From positions 138,712,461 to 138,760,822 of the forward strand of contig NC_068982.1 of assembly GCF_001194135.2 (NCBI RefSeq): a stretch of 48,362 nucleotides of DNA, read 5' to 3'. This DNA comes from Octopus bimaculoides. Lineage: Eukaryota. The stretch's first letter is position 1, and the number at the start of each line of letters is the position of its first letter. Position numbers and translations under genes: made by a program. The notes beneath the pieces are model-generated. The model was not told the DNA's origin and made no database searches. It saw only the letters and a list, made by a program, of their open reading frames with translations. Positions 11,791-24,820 of the stretch are shown in pieces.

Positions 11791-12967
11791 TAGGTAAGTG
11801 ATGTGATAAGAGATACTGCGTGGGTATGTGTATGTGTGTGAGAGTGTGTATCTGTGTGCATGTGTATGTGTGCATGTGTGTGCTGATTTGAAGAAAAATT
11901 GCTGCTATTTCTAACAAGTCGAGTGACAACGTAGAGGTTCCTTCTTTAGTTTGTTTTCTTATTTGTATGTTTATAGGTTTGTATTCTTCCAGCCCCTTTC
12001 ATCAGGAAGCTGACTCATTGACCCTTTCCACCCAAGGCGACCGCAGAATTCTATCTCACCGAACAATGTTTATATCACGAAGCGATAGTCAGATATCTAG
12101 TTATGTACTTTGTAATAAAATAAATAACAGCTGACATAACATATCCAGATGTGATTTGATTGAAGTTTCGGTATTTCTGTTTCCTCGGGATTATGTATAT
12201 GATGTATATTATTGCGACGTATTTGAATTATCATTAACAAAAAGAGGTCGTCTTGAAAAGTCTGTTTCTCTTTGATATATTCAAACATGGAAGTCATTCG
12301 ATAATCTGATTGTTACGCTTTCACAATATTGGAAATATAAATGTGCACTGGTAAGCTTTGTAAAACTGGTAGAGAAAAAGGGATAATAACTTATAGAACA
12401 AAACCATTATCGAAATGGTTAGGGAAAAATACTGATGATAACGCGTCACCGACTGTACAAGTATTATTGTGGCGTAAATTGTTGATTGCTGTAGTGCAAA
12501 GAACATCCCCTCCAGTGAGTCGTGACCAGGTCTGATTGTTATAACTAGTTGAAAGTATTTCACTTATCTAACTCCATTTTACTCGTCTCGTTTGTTCTCC
12601 ACTCCTTAAGCTTTACCCTTAAGGGAAAACACTGTCTCAATGAAAACCAGTTTTTAGATGTCCTAAAGCAATGAGTCATCAGAAATCCGTAATAAAAGCT
12701 ACAAATGATGCGTGCTTGTAACCAATCATTTAGTCGTTCAAAGTAATTGGAAAAACAGCAAGAGTTTCGTATTTCACGTGGAACGTACCGAATAGAATAG
12801 TACTAGTAGTATAGTAGCGAATATGAGGCATGATTGGGAACATTGGGTACAAGTGTAGAAAATAACAAAAATTCATTCGAGAATAATTTCAAGAAGTGAT
12901 TTGTTTATTAAAAGGTGGTTGTGTAGGATTAAATTCCAGCTTTACTTCTGAGTTATGACCATGCTAC

Positions 12968-13476
12968 ATTCTTTTCTACTGTAGGCACAAGGCCCGAAAT
13001 TTTAGGGGAGGGGGACAGTCGATTAGATCGGCTCCAGTGCGTAACTGGTACGTAATTTATCGACCCCGAAAGTATGAAAGGCAAAGTCGACCTTGGCGGA
13101 ATTTGAACTCGCAACGTAAAGACAAACGAAACACCACTAAGCATTTCGCTCGGCGTGCTAACGTTTCTTATTTCTATATTGCCCACAAGGGGCTAAACAT
13201 AGAGGGGACAAAGAAGGACACACAAAGGGATTAAGTCGATTACATCGACTCCANNNNNNNNNNGGGGCTAAACATAGAGGGGACAAAGAAGGACACACAA
13301 AGGGATTAAGTCGATTACATCGACTCCAGTGCGTAACTGGTACTTAATTTATCGACCCCGAAAGTCTGAAAGGCAAAGTCGTCCTCGGCGGAATTTGAAC
13401 TTACAACGTAAAGACAGACGAAATACCGCTAAGCTCTTCGCCCAGCCTGCTGACGTTTCTGCCAGCTCGCAGCCTT
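12968..13476 (-). mobile_element. SINE family A head-to-tail multimer across a small gap
   Basis: Full head at the right end; internal junction aataagaaacgttagc; terminal unit ends with the ccttgtgcctacagtagaaaagaat tail. Confidence 0.9.
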
Positions 13477-13819
13477 AATAACCATGTCACGTTAACTACA
13501 AATACTTATGAAGGAATAGAAAATTCCTTAAAATATTTCTAATGTCAAGAAAATTGGTCCTAGTAATATATAAAGTCCACTGGATCAACAATGTATGACT
13601 CCTAAAATATTGGCTTTTTGCCTAAGTGTTAAAGGAATTATAATTGTTGGCAAGTTATTGGATAGTTGTGCTGAGTCCTGCGAGGAAGTTGTTGCTTCCG
13701 AAGTGAACTGGAGAATATACTTCTGGGCATAGAGCATAAGTTGGAGTAGAAGTGAGAGGAAGAGAACAGAGAAAGAGAAAGACAGAGCACCAACTGGGAT
13801 TAGCCTGGTGTAAGATACA

Positions 13820-14020
13820 TATATACACACATACATGCATGAATGAATACATACATACATGCATGAATGAATACATACATACATGCATGAATGAATACAT
13901 ACATACATAGAAACATACATACATACATACATACACACATACATACATATATATATATATATGCATATATATATACATACATACATACATACATATATAC
14001 ATATATATACACACACATAC
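13820..14020. repeat. (CATA)n compound microsatellite with a 24-bp higher-order unit repeated 3 times
   Basis: Unit catacatacatgcatgaatgaata. Confidence 0.9.
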
Positions 14021-15489
14021 AGTAATTGCCGGTTGCATACACACAAAATAAATATGCAAACCAAACAAATATAACGAGCACAGCACACACACTTTCCGTC
14101 AACACCATCGCACGTCGATGCCATGCACACTTTGTACGTTACATATACCAAACGCATTAAAATGCTAAACGAAATACGACTCAGTCCTCACATTCTGTCA
14201 CCACACACTAACACGATTCACAATAACCCACATAAACCAGCTTAACCGCCCAGACACAACATATACACCACATTCACTTAGATCACACGGTGCACATTCA
14301 CAAAACAACAATAAGTAAAAACAACAAAACAAAACAAAGAAGAAAACTTACAGAGTTTTCTTCTTGTTTTTCAGAAATACCCTCCACGCCATACAAGCAC
14401 ACACCACTTTGTATCTTATATACTGTTTAATATATACGTACATATGTATACATCTGTACGATGACTTACGTCAAGACATTTCATATAAAAACAAATTCAA
14501 ATACGCATGCGTAAATAGACGTAAATACACATACATAAGAACCTATATGAACATAAATTCTCACACATAGAAACACATTAACTCATGTGTTAAGCTTATC
14601 CTTTCGTTAATCAGACAGTGTTTCAAACATCATACATTACTGTATATTAACATTTCACTTGTCCATGATCTGCTCCAGGTGAAAAACCCGGTTTCAGAAA
14701 GAGTAAAAGGAAATAATTATATTTCCTTTCATTAATGTTTAATACACTCTATCCTAAGCGTTTCACCAGTTTAAGTTGTAGGAAATAAATTTGGAACAAA
14801 GTGGAAAGATTAACTTAATAAGGCTATTGATTGACCACAAATGTTACTTAAATGGATAAAACTGTATTTTCTCTACTCTCATTTCTGCAATACTGGAGGG
14901 GATAGAAAGAAAAAGTTTTAGGAAGTTTTAACCATTGTCTATTATGGTCATTTTACACAGGATAGAATCAATTTTCTCAAACTAAATAAGACGATCATGT
15001 TAAACGACTCCAGACAACGAGCGATATATTGAGTTGTTCAAATTCTATCAGTAGCGCTGTCTGATGTATAAAGCCGACATATTTGACTTCTGAAGCTCAG
15101 ACGATGCTTCCCACCCATCCCCGAAATTTAATAACTTAAACTTGAAAATCAATTGACATCGATCAGAAATTGAAACAAAGTTACAGACAGTTTTCATTAC
15201 AATAAAATATTTAGGTAATGGGTTGAAAATAAGGATGAAGATCTCTTTTGTCTTAGGGGTTGTCATTGAAATATCTTACTACGTTCTATGTATCAGGGAC
15301 CGTTATGTTATGTGCCTAAGGAATATCTTTGTGAGACCAGGGAGTATTCGTGTGGTTTAAGGAGTAGTTGTACTCTGTGTCTAATGAGTATCAGAAGTAC
15401 AAAATCATGGCCTGCTTCTAAAGAATCCAAAACGCGTTTAGAGAGACGTCAAGTCGTGCGTTTAAGGAGCTATCATTATGAGTAACTAT

Positions 15490-15675
15490 GAGTTGTCAGG
15501 ATCGTTAGCACACCGGACAAATTGCTTAGCGGCATTTCGTCTATCTTTAGCCGAGGTTGACTTTGCTTTCATCCTTTGGGGCTTGATAAATCAAGTACCA
15601 GTTGAGTACTGGGGTCGATGTAACCGATTTAATCCCTCCACCACATTTCCAAGCCTTGTGCCTATAATAAAAAGG
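15490..15675 (+). mobile_element. SINE family A, diverged and internally deleted
   Basis: cgttagcacaccggacaaattgcttagcggcatttcgtc...gttgactttgctttcatccttt...gtaccagttgagtactggggtcgatgtaa. Confidence 0.8.
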
Positions 15676-15854
15676 TTTATGAGTGACTAAGAAGTATCAT
15701 GCTGCTTCTCTAACGAACATCACGTGATATATCTAAGGAGTGCCCTGCTGTGTTGAAAACGTAGTTCATCCTGTCCTTATAAAATATATTTCTACGTAAA
15801 CAAATAGTATTGATTTATCCCAGTTGTTATAACTGCTGGAGTGAATGGAAAAGA

Positions 15855-16010
15855 CCCCAGTATTTGACTGGTACTTCATCTCATTCGTCTCTGTTCTCGA
15901 AAGAACGAAAGGTAAAGTTGATCCTAGTAGGATTTGAACTGAGAGTTTAAAAAGACGCAACCAAATACTGTAAGCTATTTTGTTCGGCGCACTGACGCTA
16001 TCCAATCCAC
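15855..16010 (-). mobile_element. SINE family A, old diverged copy
   Basis: actggtac...gaaagaacgaaaggtaaagttga...gatttgaact matches the reverse complement of the family. Confidence 0.65.
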
Positions 16011-16204
16011 TATCCTAACTAATATTTAATATCATCTAGATAACATCATATTTTACTGTGTTGTATCCCACATTCTTTAAAAACAATGGGGTAACACATC
16101 TCTAAACTGTTCTCTGAAGGAAATCTCACATATTCCTGACTCATTGAATACACCAGAAAAGCAATTCCACCCGGTCTAGTCTAACAATGGCTGCCAGCTT
16201 ACTG

Positions 16205-17215
16205 ACTGGGTTAACAGTGACTCTCAACCTATTTATGGGGATAACGGTGACACTCAATCTAGTTACTGTGCTAACAGTGACTCGCCAGCTATTCGCTAGA
16301 ACGGCAGTAACTATTTACCAGTTTACTGGACTAACGGACGCCCAGTCTAGTTATTGGGCTAACAACGGCTCTTCACCTATTTACTGGGATAACAATGACT
16401 CACAAAATAGTTACTGGACCACGAGTGACGATTCATTTATTTTTAGAGCTAATAATGACTCTCCAGTTTTTTACTGGGCCAACACTGGCTCTCAGAATAT
16501 TTACCGGGGTAACAGGACCAATCAATCTACTTACTCAGTTAACAGGGACTCCCAATCTATTTATTCGGTTAACAGCACCTCTCAAATTACAAACTGAGCT
16601 AACAGTGTGACAATTATTCTAGTTATTAGACTAATAGAAACGTTCATTTTATTTATTACGCTAACAGTAACTTCCAGTGGATTTACTTGACTCACAGTGA
16701 CTCTCAACCCATCTATTTGAACTAGTACTGACTCTCCACCAATTCAATGAGCTAACAATGATTCTTAATACATGGCTAAATACACTGTTAACTTATTGAG
16801 TTAACAGTGACTCTTAACCTATCTACCATGACTTTCAAACTATTTATTGGGCTAATAGCGACTCGTAACTTATTTACAGTGACTACCTATTTAAAGTGAT
16901 TCTCAATTTACTTATTGGGAAACCAGAGCCTTTAAGTTCATCTGAAGTGGCTTTCACCGTTGCGGGGCTAATAGTGACTCCACCTGTTTACAGTAACCGT
17001 CTGGGTATCAACCTATACATTGAGCCAATAGTGACTCTTAAATTACTTATAGTGACTCACTATACTCACTGAGCTAACCGAGATTCTCTACATATTCAAC
17101 CTACCAACTGGGTTAACTGAGACTCTCAAGCAATTTACGAGTTTAACTTCAACTCTGGAACTATTAAATAGGTTAATGATTTTTTTTTACCCATTTACAG
17201 GGTAACCCTCAACCT
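16205..17215. repeat. Diverged 30-bp minisatellite, roughly 30 units
   Basis: Consensus close to AACAGTGACTCTCAACCTATTTACTGGGCT; register largely kept in the 5' half and decaying rightwards. Confidence 0.9.
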
Positions 17216-18269
17216 TTATACCCAGTGCCAACTCTAAGTCACAACCTATAACCAATGCAGTGTCAGAAGTTTCAAAAATCTATATTTAAAGCAACAATAA
17301 TGTGAATATATTATTCTGCCTTCATCAATAGATAAGTGAATCAATAAGAAAATTCTGGAAAGAAAGATGGTTGCCAGATATGCTTAATGTTTGTTCTAAT
17401 ACACTAACTTGTATTGACATCAATTTTATAGTCTGTCAGTTCGGGCCGGAGAATGTGTGCCAAAGATGTACGCATTTCAGAACGTGTTCAGATGTCATTG
17501 GGGAGAAAAGGATTTTCTTCAATAAATACTTTTCGTTTGCTCAACACGAACAATAATTCACAATAGCGGGAGAATATCTTTTATTCATTAAGTTACATAT
17601 TACGTCAGTTGAATACTAAACGCTTGGCTCCTTTCATTGTGCAAAGACAGATAAGCGGAGGAGACAAGAGAGAAATAGAAAGGAAAAGAAACAAGAACAA
17701 AGAGAGAGAGAGTGAGAGTGAAAATGACAGAAGGAGACGAAACTGAGAAGATATGGAAGGAGACAAAGGAAGGAATAATGAAGTAAAGCGAATGAACAAG
17801 AAAACTACAAAAGAAATTAAGATGGGAACAACATTGTTTCTGATTTATCATTTGAATCATCATTGAGACAGAACAAAAGAACAATTGTTACACATACAAG
17901 TCTTAGCGTTCTGTTTTCCTCCATTCCAACTCAGCGACTTGGCTCTCGTTTCTAATGGCTAGCATTATTTAGTATTTAACGTAAGAGCCAAGAATGTGCA
18001 ATGATTGACATCTAGGCTCTCGCCAGGCAACCATCAACTACTTTATTATCGCTCGGTCTATTTACATTCATTAAGTCGACACTAAGTGCATAGGAATTTG
18101 TGTGGCACGAAGTCGTAATGTGTCTCTTGGGAAATACCGTGAAAATAGAAGGAATAGCTAATTACAATACTCCACCATTGCGGTCAGTTGTTTCGAGACA
18201 GATGAAATAAATAGTTTTTGTTAAACGAAATGGTGGACACACGCACACACACGCACACACACACACACG

Positions 18270-18301
<32 letters not shown>

Positions 18302-18484
18302 TATGTATTCATTCTGTTCTTGTCTTTATATGAAAAAGTACTACAGATGTTGCATGTGCACATAAGATTATATACTTAAAATATGTACATATGCATGCAA
18401 AGCTATATAAGATTCATATATTCATGTGAGTTGTATGTGTGCATATACGTATATATGCACGCATACACACGCACATGTGTACAT

Positions 18485-18555
<71 letters not shown>

Positions 18556-19281
18556 NNNNNNNNNNNNNNNNNNNNNNNNNNNNNNNNNNNNNNNNNNNNN
18601 NNNNNNNNNNNNNNNNNNNNNNNNNNNNNNNNNNNNNNNNNNNNNNNNNNNNNNNNNNNNNNNNNNNNNNNNNNNNNNNNNNNNNNNNNNNNNNNNNNNN
18701 NNNNNNNNNNNNNNNNNNNNNNNNNNNNNNNNNNNNNNNNNNNNNNNNNNNNNNNNNNNNNNNNNNNNNNNNNNNNNNNNNNNNNNNNNNNNNNNNNNNN
18801 NNNNNNNNNNNNNNNNNNNNNNNNNNNNNNNNNNNNNNNNNNNNNNNNNNNNNNNNNNNNNNNNNNNNNNNNNNNNNNNNNNNNNNNNNNNNNNNNNNNN
18901 NNNNNNNNNNNNNNNNNNNNNNNNNNNNNNNNNNNNNNNNNNNNNNNNNNNNNNNNNNNNNNNNNNNNNNNNNNNNNNNNNNNNNNNNNNNNNNNNNNNN
19001 NNNNNNNNNNNNNNNNNNNNNNNNNNNNNNNNNNNNNNNNNNNNNNNNNNNNNNNNNNNNNNNNNNNNNNNNNNNNNNNNNNNNNNNNNNNNNNNNNNNN
19101 NNNNNNNNNNNNNNNNNNNNNNNNNNNNNNNNNNTATGCGTGTGCATGATTGCATTCTAAAATGTATATACAACTATTCTCCATACAAATAATCACTCAA
19201 CACATACACACACCTGCACACACACACGCACATTCACACGCACGCATATTCATACGAGCATACACACACATACACACACAC

Positions 19282-19318
<37 letters not shown>

Positions 19319-19584
19319 GTTACGCGAGCACTCATACACGTGTGTACACACGAACGAACACATGCATAACAAAAAGAAAAAAGACAATTACACGTCATAT
19401 ATTTCATTGTGTGCAGAAATGAAGAGAATGACAAGAAGAAGGAGAGGGAGAGGGAGAGAAAGAGAGAGAGAGGAGAGAGAAAGAAAGAAAGAAAGAAGGA
19501 AAGAAGGAACCGAGAAAGGACAGGGAGGGAGCTTAAAGACGAAAGACCTGAGATGAGGAGAAGCCACTGGAAAGAAATAATGAC

Positions 19585-19648
<64 letters not shown>

Positions 19649-20186
19649 GCAACAACAATAAATGAATGAATGAATAAATAATGTTTTGTGATGGTGATGA
19701 CTGGTTTAAAGAAGGCTTGAAAAGAAATTAGATATGTACATATATGACAATTAGCAGACAGGACAACGTAAATGTCTTCTCTGATAATAGTAATAAAAAA
19801 TGTATTTCTATTGCAGATAACGACTTTCGCTTGGTGCTATGAACATATTTATGATAAAATCTTGAAAAATATAGTGCCATTTGATTGATTATCAAATATA
19901 TATTTTTGTGTATCGTTCAACTTATCTCCCGCTTTTTCTTTTCTTTATTTAGTTTCATTCATTTTTTTTCTGTTTTTTTTTTTTTGTCTTGCTTTGTTTT
20001 TATTTATTTCTATTTTGCGTGTTTTCCTTTTCAGTAACTCACACATTAAAATTAACACGTAGTATCGAGAGATTTTATTGCTCTACAATATATAATAAAG
20101 TCTATTTTTCTTACCGATATACGGACGATATTAAAATTGAATGGGTTGTTAAATGGGGGAAAAAAAAGGAGGAAAAACGAAAAGAA

Positions 20187-20222
<36 letters not shown>

Positions 20223-20386
20223 TTCAAATATAAATAGCCAATTTGACTGGAGAGAGAGAATATAATGTAATATAGAAAGTATAATCTAAAAGCGGTTGTT
20301 GGAAGAATGTCTTTAAGAAGCAGTGGAAACAGTATTGAAAAGTTTGCAGGTTGTTGTTTTTGTTGTTGTTATTGTTCCTGTTTATC

Positions 20387-20700
20387 AAGGTGGCGAGTTG
20401 GCAGAAACGTTAGCACGCCGGGTGAAATGCTTAGCGGTATTTCGTCTGTCTTTACGTTCCGAGGTCGACTTTGCCTTTCATCCTTTCGGGGTCGATAAAT
20501 TAAGTACCAGTTGCGTACTCAAATCGATCTAATCGACTGACCCCCTCCTAAAAAGTTTCAGGCATTGTGCCTAGAGTAGAAAAGAATATTCCTAAGATTA
20601 TTAAGGTAGCTAGCTTGCAGAAAGGTTAGCACGCCGGGCGAATGCTTAGCGGTGTTTCGGCTGTCTTCATGTTCTGAGTTCAAATTTCGACAGAGATAAA
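20387..20700 (+). mobile_element. SINE family A near-full copy plus a second partial copy
   Basis: aaggtggcgagttggcagaaacgttagcacgcc...tgtgcctagagtagaaaagaat, then a new head at ~20602. Confidence 0.9.
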
Positions 20701-20994
20701 GCGACAGAGAGGTGATGATCAAGAAATGGACTTGAAGTTGAATACTAGTCAGTCGAAACAATAGGTGGGGTTTCACATCAGAGAGAGAGTGGGGCCGGTG
20801 TGGCCGTCGAGAGGAAGATGTGCATTCTTTTCTACTGGCCCCTCAAACCTTCTGGCATCCGGAGTTTCCGACTGTCTGCACTTGTATTAGCACGCTCTTT
20901 CCAGATCACTTTCTTTGATAAGCTCATTCACAATTTCTTTCGAATAACATTCATTCACATGATATCGGTTAAGCGTTTTTAGAATAGAAGATAT

Positions 20995-21075
20995 TTACCC
21001 AAAGAACCCCGCACTGGGATTGACATTGGAACCACATGTTAGCAAAAGTGACTTCTTAATCGTAAAATCATACTA
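20995..21075 (-). mobile_element. SINE family C head fragment, diverged
   Basis: Reverse complement ..taagaagtcac...aacatgtggttccaatgtcaatcccagtgcggggttctttgggtaaat resembles the heads at 22468 and 46698. Confidence 0.5.
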
Positions 21076-21701
21076 GCATCTACTTTCCAGCACACCGGCA
21101 TGGCTGCTTCAACCCGATAAAATATTTAAACGTTTCGAAAATGAAACTGGAGAGCGAACGTTAGAAAATTGAAACCAAACTATGAAAATGAAGATATAAA
21201 TAAATGAAAGTATAAATAAAAATATTGGTTACAGGTAGGCTTGGTATTGATAAGATCCATTTGGGTACTATTAGAATTGAAGTAGATAACCATTCCCAGT
21301 CTACTCAAAATGAGATTATGGTTGCAGGGAAGAAAATGTAAGATAAATAAATGAAATTAAAAATAAATGCCGAGTTTAGCAGGTCGTGAAATTTGCTTCT
21401 ATTTCATTATTCTCGTGCACAAGACATTTTTTAGAAATGAATGGTAAAAGTAAAGTACAACCAAGTCGAGTATGATGCCAACTTGTTCTGATATTCTTAA
21501 TGACGATTGTTACAATTTGATTAGAAATGGAGACTGTCAGAGTGAAAAAGAAATCCCCAAAAGTATCTGCGATTTAGTTTTGTGGTTCTGAGTTCAAATC
21601 ACATCCGGACTGGATATTCGTCTCCCTAGGGTTATGCAAAGTAATCACCCGAAAGTTTTCATGGGAAGATGGGTTGTCCATTGAGTCACCTCATAACTGT
21701 G

Positions 21702-21798
21702 TCTTCTTCTTCTTCTTCTTCTTCTTCTTCTTCTTCTTCTTCTTCTTCTTCTTCTTCTTCTTCTTCTTCTTCTTCTTCTTCTTCTTCTTCTTCTTCTT
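21702..21798. repeat. (TCT)n microsatellite
   Basis: Direct reading. Confidence 0.95.
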
Positions 21799-21981
21799 CA
21801 CACTCTGCCTTCAAAGTTAACTTTGCCTTTCGTTCCTCCGATGGCGATAAAATAAAATACTACACAGTGACTGGGGTGGGGGGGTCAGTAGAATCAAGTA
21901 TTGCCTGTAACCAAAATTGCAGGCATTGTACCAAAATTTGAGAGAATTACTTATTTTCTTTATCAACAGTTTAAATTTATA

Positions 21982-22300
21982 AGGCGGCGAGCTGGCAGAA
22001 ACGTTAGCACGACGGGCGAAATGCTTAGCGGTATTTCGTCTTCCTTTAAGTTCTGAGTTCAAATTCCACCGAGATCGACTTTGTCTTTATTCCTTTCAGG
22101 GTCGAGAAATTAAGTACCAGTTGCGTACTGGAGTCGATCTAATCGACCGGTCCCCTCCCCCACCCCAAAAAGTTTGAGCCCTGTGCCTAGAGTAGAAAAG
22201 AATATATTAATACTTAAAGGCGGCGAGCTGGCAGAAACGGTAGCACGCTGAGCGAAATGCTTAGCAGTTTTCGGGCTTTGTGCTCAGATTAGAAAAGAAT
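21982..22300 (+). mobile_element. SINE family A dimer (full unit plus internally deleted unit) with 14-bp TSD
   Basis: agtttaaatttata at 21968-21981 and 22301-22314; an older partial copy lies just upstream at ~21802-21935. Confidence 0.9.
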
Positions 22301-22467
22301 AGTTTAAATTTATAGGGTAGGTCCATGGCCCTATCAAGCGTAGTTCTGTCTGTCCTTTATACAGGTATTATTTTGTTCACTCTATAATAATTACGTAATA
22401 ATTATTGTGGTCTAAATAATGTAGTTTACCTTGTAGAGGTATCCTCAGAATGTTGTATACATAGATA

Positions 22468-22620
22468 GAGGCATGGCTGTGTGGCAACAAATTTGCTGCT
22501 CAACCTCATAATTCCAGGTTCAGTCCCACTATGTAGCAAATTGGGAAAGTGTTTTGTATAATCTCGGATCGAATATAATCTTTTGAGTGGATTCGGTACA
22601 CGGAAACTGAAAGAAGCCCG

Positions 22621-22673
<53 letters not shown>

Positions 22674-22884
22674 GATGTGTGTGTGTCTTTGTGTTTGTCT
22701 GTCCCCTACTATCCCTTAATAGCCAGTGCTGGTGTGTTTACGTCCCCCATAACTTAAAAGAAACTGATAGAATAAGTACCAGGCCTAGAAAAACAATGTA
22801 CTGTGTTTTATTCATTGGACAAAATTTTTTTCAGGCGTTGCCCCACCTTGACCGTAGTCTAATAATCAAAAGAAGTAAAGAATA
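22468..22884 (+). mobile_element. tRNA-derived SINE family C, full length, with internal (TA)n(TG)n tract
   Basis: Head ggcatggctgtgtgg...ggttcagtcccact; body ggaaactgaaagaagcccgtc; microsatellite; then tail ggtgtgtttacgtcccc...gatagaataagtacc...ggcgttgcccca. Confidence 0.85.
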
Positions 22885-23852
22885 TGTCAGTCCTTTAATT
22901 CTGGTTATTTCTTTGCTCGCATCTGGTTTTAATCGTGCCCAAGATACCCTTCCTTATAGCAACTGTTTCCGCTTTTAATCTCAACATTCTGGTTGTCTCT
23001 ATTTCAAGATCATTATGTTTGATTAATTTCTCCATTTGTTTAAAAAATACATTGTCAAATCTGACAGATACGACTAGAAAGAGTCGTTTCTTTTCTTAGA
23101 GATCCTTCCCGAAGATATCCATTCTGATATCCGTCTCTTTGCGTGGAAATATGTGTCCCAGTGTACGGTCTATTTATCATTGTCTGAGACTGTTTCTAAT
23201 TTATGTTCACTGGAATGACTACACTATTATTATTACATAGAAGGCTGTTGGCAGGTATGGGCGAGGAAATTCTCAGGGAAATTCTAGGTATCAGCAAAGA
23301 CCAAATAAGTTAATGATTTCGAAGTACTTTCCGTCCAAGTTGAAGAATGGCTGAGATTACCGGATTGTGATAAACTCAACAGGCGTAAAAGGGTTTTGGA
23401 ACATTTGAAAGTTTATTACAAGTGAGAAAATGTTCGTCTGTGGATAATGTAAACAGTTGACATATTTTCACAAATAGCGACTTAGATACTATTTACAGAC
23501 GTGGCAAGATAGCGCCTCATAAGTAGCCGGAAGTTATGTTTACCATAGAGGTGATAGAAAATTATTTGCGGACAGAAGAGTCAAACGTGTCTCGATGTGT
23601 AAAAGATTTACAGTTGGGCTACAGAAGATAAATAAAATATTAGAGCTGGAGACATTAACACTGCAGCAAAATTTATGGGTTTTTTCAGTAAGCGTTATTT
23701 TCTTGTTTGCCTCTATTTAGAAAGCAAAGAAAATGACTACTTTCCCCTTCATAGTTTGCTTTTATGGTCTGAACATCAATGTTTTGAAACAGTTATTTTA
23801 TATTACATTTCAGACAGATTCAGCGCAGAGTTGCTGATGCAGAAATATCGTT

Positions 23853-24008
23853 AGAGCTAATATTCTGCTCAATACCACAGATTTGCTTGTCAGTTGTTTG
23901 GCCGTAACCAGTTGAGCACGTTCCTTAGTAGCATCTCTGAACCTGAGCAGGGCTAGTTGGGGAGTATCATAGCCATGTGTTGAGAGGGATACTTCTAGGT
24001 TTGAATAA
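23853..24008 (-). repeat. Inverted partial copy of the 24255-24821 repeat
   Basis: caataccacagatttgcttgtcagttgtttg...tagccatgtgttgagagg is the reverse complement of about 24540-24680. Confidence 0.85.
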
Positions 24009-24254
24009 ATGTAACAAAAGCAAAGTTTGAAGGAAATATTAGCCATTTTCCATACTTTCTAGGGGCAAGCAAGTACAAAATAAAAGTTGCTATCCAAGGA
24101 CAAAAATCGTGGTACACAGTTTAGTATGAATAAACAAAAGTTGGTACAAAGAACAATTTCCCATTATTTGCTGAGGTTTTTGGACAAAAGAAAAGACTCT
24201 ACTTGTAACAGTTCAAAGGACAGAGTAAGGGTTATATAAAATATACGAAGCCCA

Positions 24255-24820
24255 GTATACCTATCATGACTACCCGTCTGATAAGGGTACACCAGGCACA
24301 TGCATCACAACCATATGTGCGTGACATAGTAGTCTCATATCAAGATAAACAGCACATGACCTCGCAGGTGGGGCCCAGTTAGAATTTTCTTCAGGTCGTG
24401 TAACCCATCTCGCTCAAAAGGTCCCTGAATAAGATTCGTTTAAGGATGTTGAGCAAAACGCCCATGTTTCAAAAGGTGAATTATTCCTCTCAAAGAATTC
24501 CTCTCAAAGAATTCCTCTCAAAGAATTCCTCTCAAAGAATTCCTCTCAACACATGGCTATTATACTCTCCCACTACTTCTGCTCCTGATCAGAGATCCAC
24601 GTATCGTCAGCCACCAAGGGACATGTTCAACTGGTTAGGGTCAAACAACTGACAAGCAAATCTGTGGTATTGAACAGACTATTTGCTGTAGCCCATCTTT
24701 TATAACAAGACAAAACAATGTACATGATAACACTTCCAATCAATTAAGATCAGAAGCCATGAGAGCCACTGCCTGGTACTGCATCAGGGCATGGTCACTG
24801 CCTGTTACTGCATCCGGGCA

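Noticed and set aside
11975-12006. Minus-strand cctgatgaaaggggctggaagaatac resembling the H1 hammerhead start
   Set aside because: The CAGCC-GAAAC half is missing; too decayed to call.
12097-12563. Coding-like composition on the minus strand
   Set aside because: Stops in all frames, no convincing splice pair and no recognisable domain.
13185-13330. Near-perfect ~60-bp duplication either side of a 10-N gap
   Set aside because: Typical unmerged contig overlap; treated as an assembly artefact.
20790-20960. Minus-strand peptide with YSKEIVNELIK, reminiscent of the PLE linker region
   Set aside because: Too short and followed by a stop; cannot be supported without a search.
23230-23430. Short open stretches (DFEVLSVQVEEWLRLPDCDKLNRRKRVLEHLKV) that might be a decayed transposase
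   Set aside because: Interrupted by stops, with only a vague motif resemblance; needs TBLASTN/HMM support.
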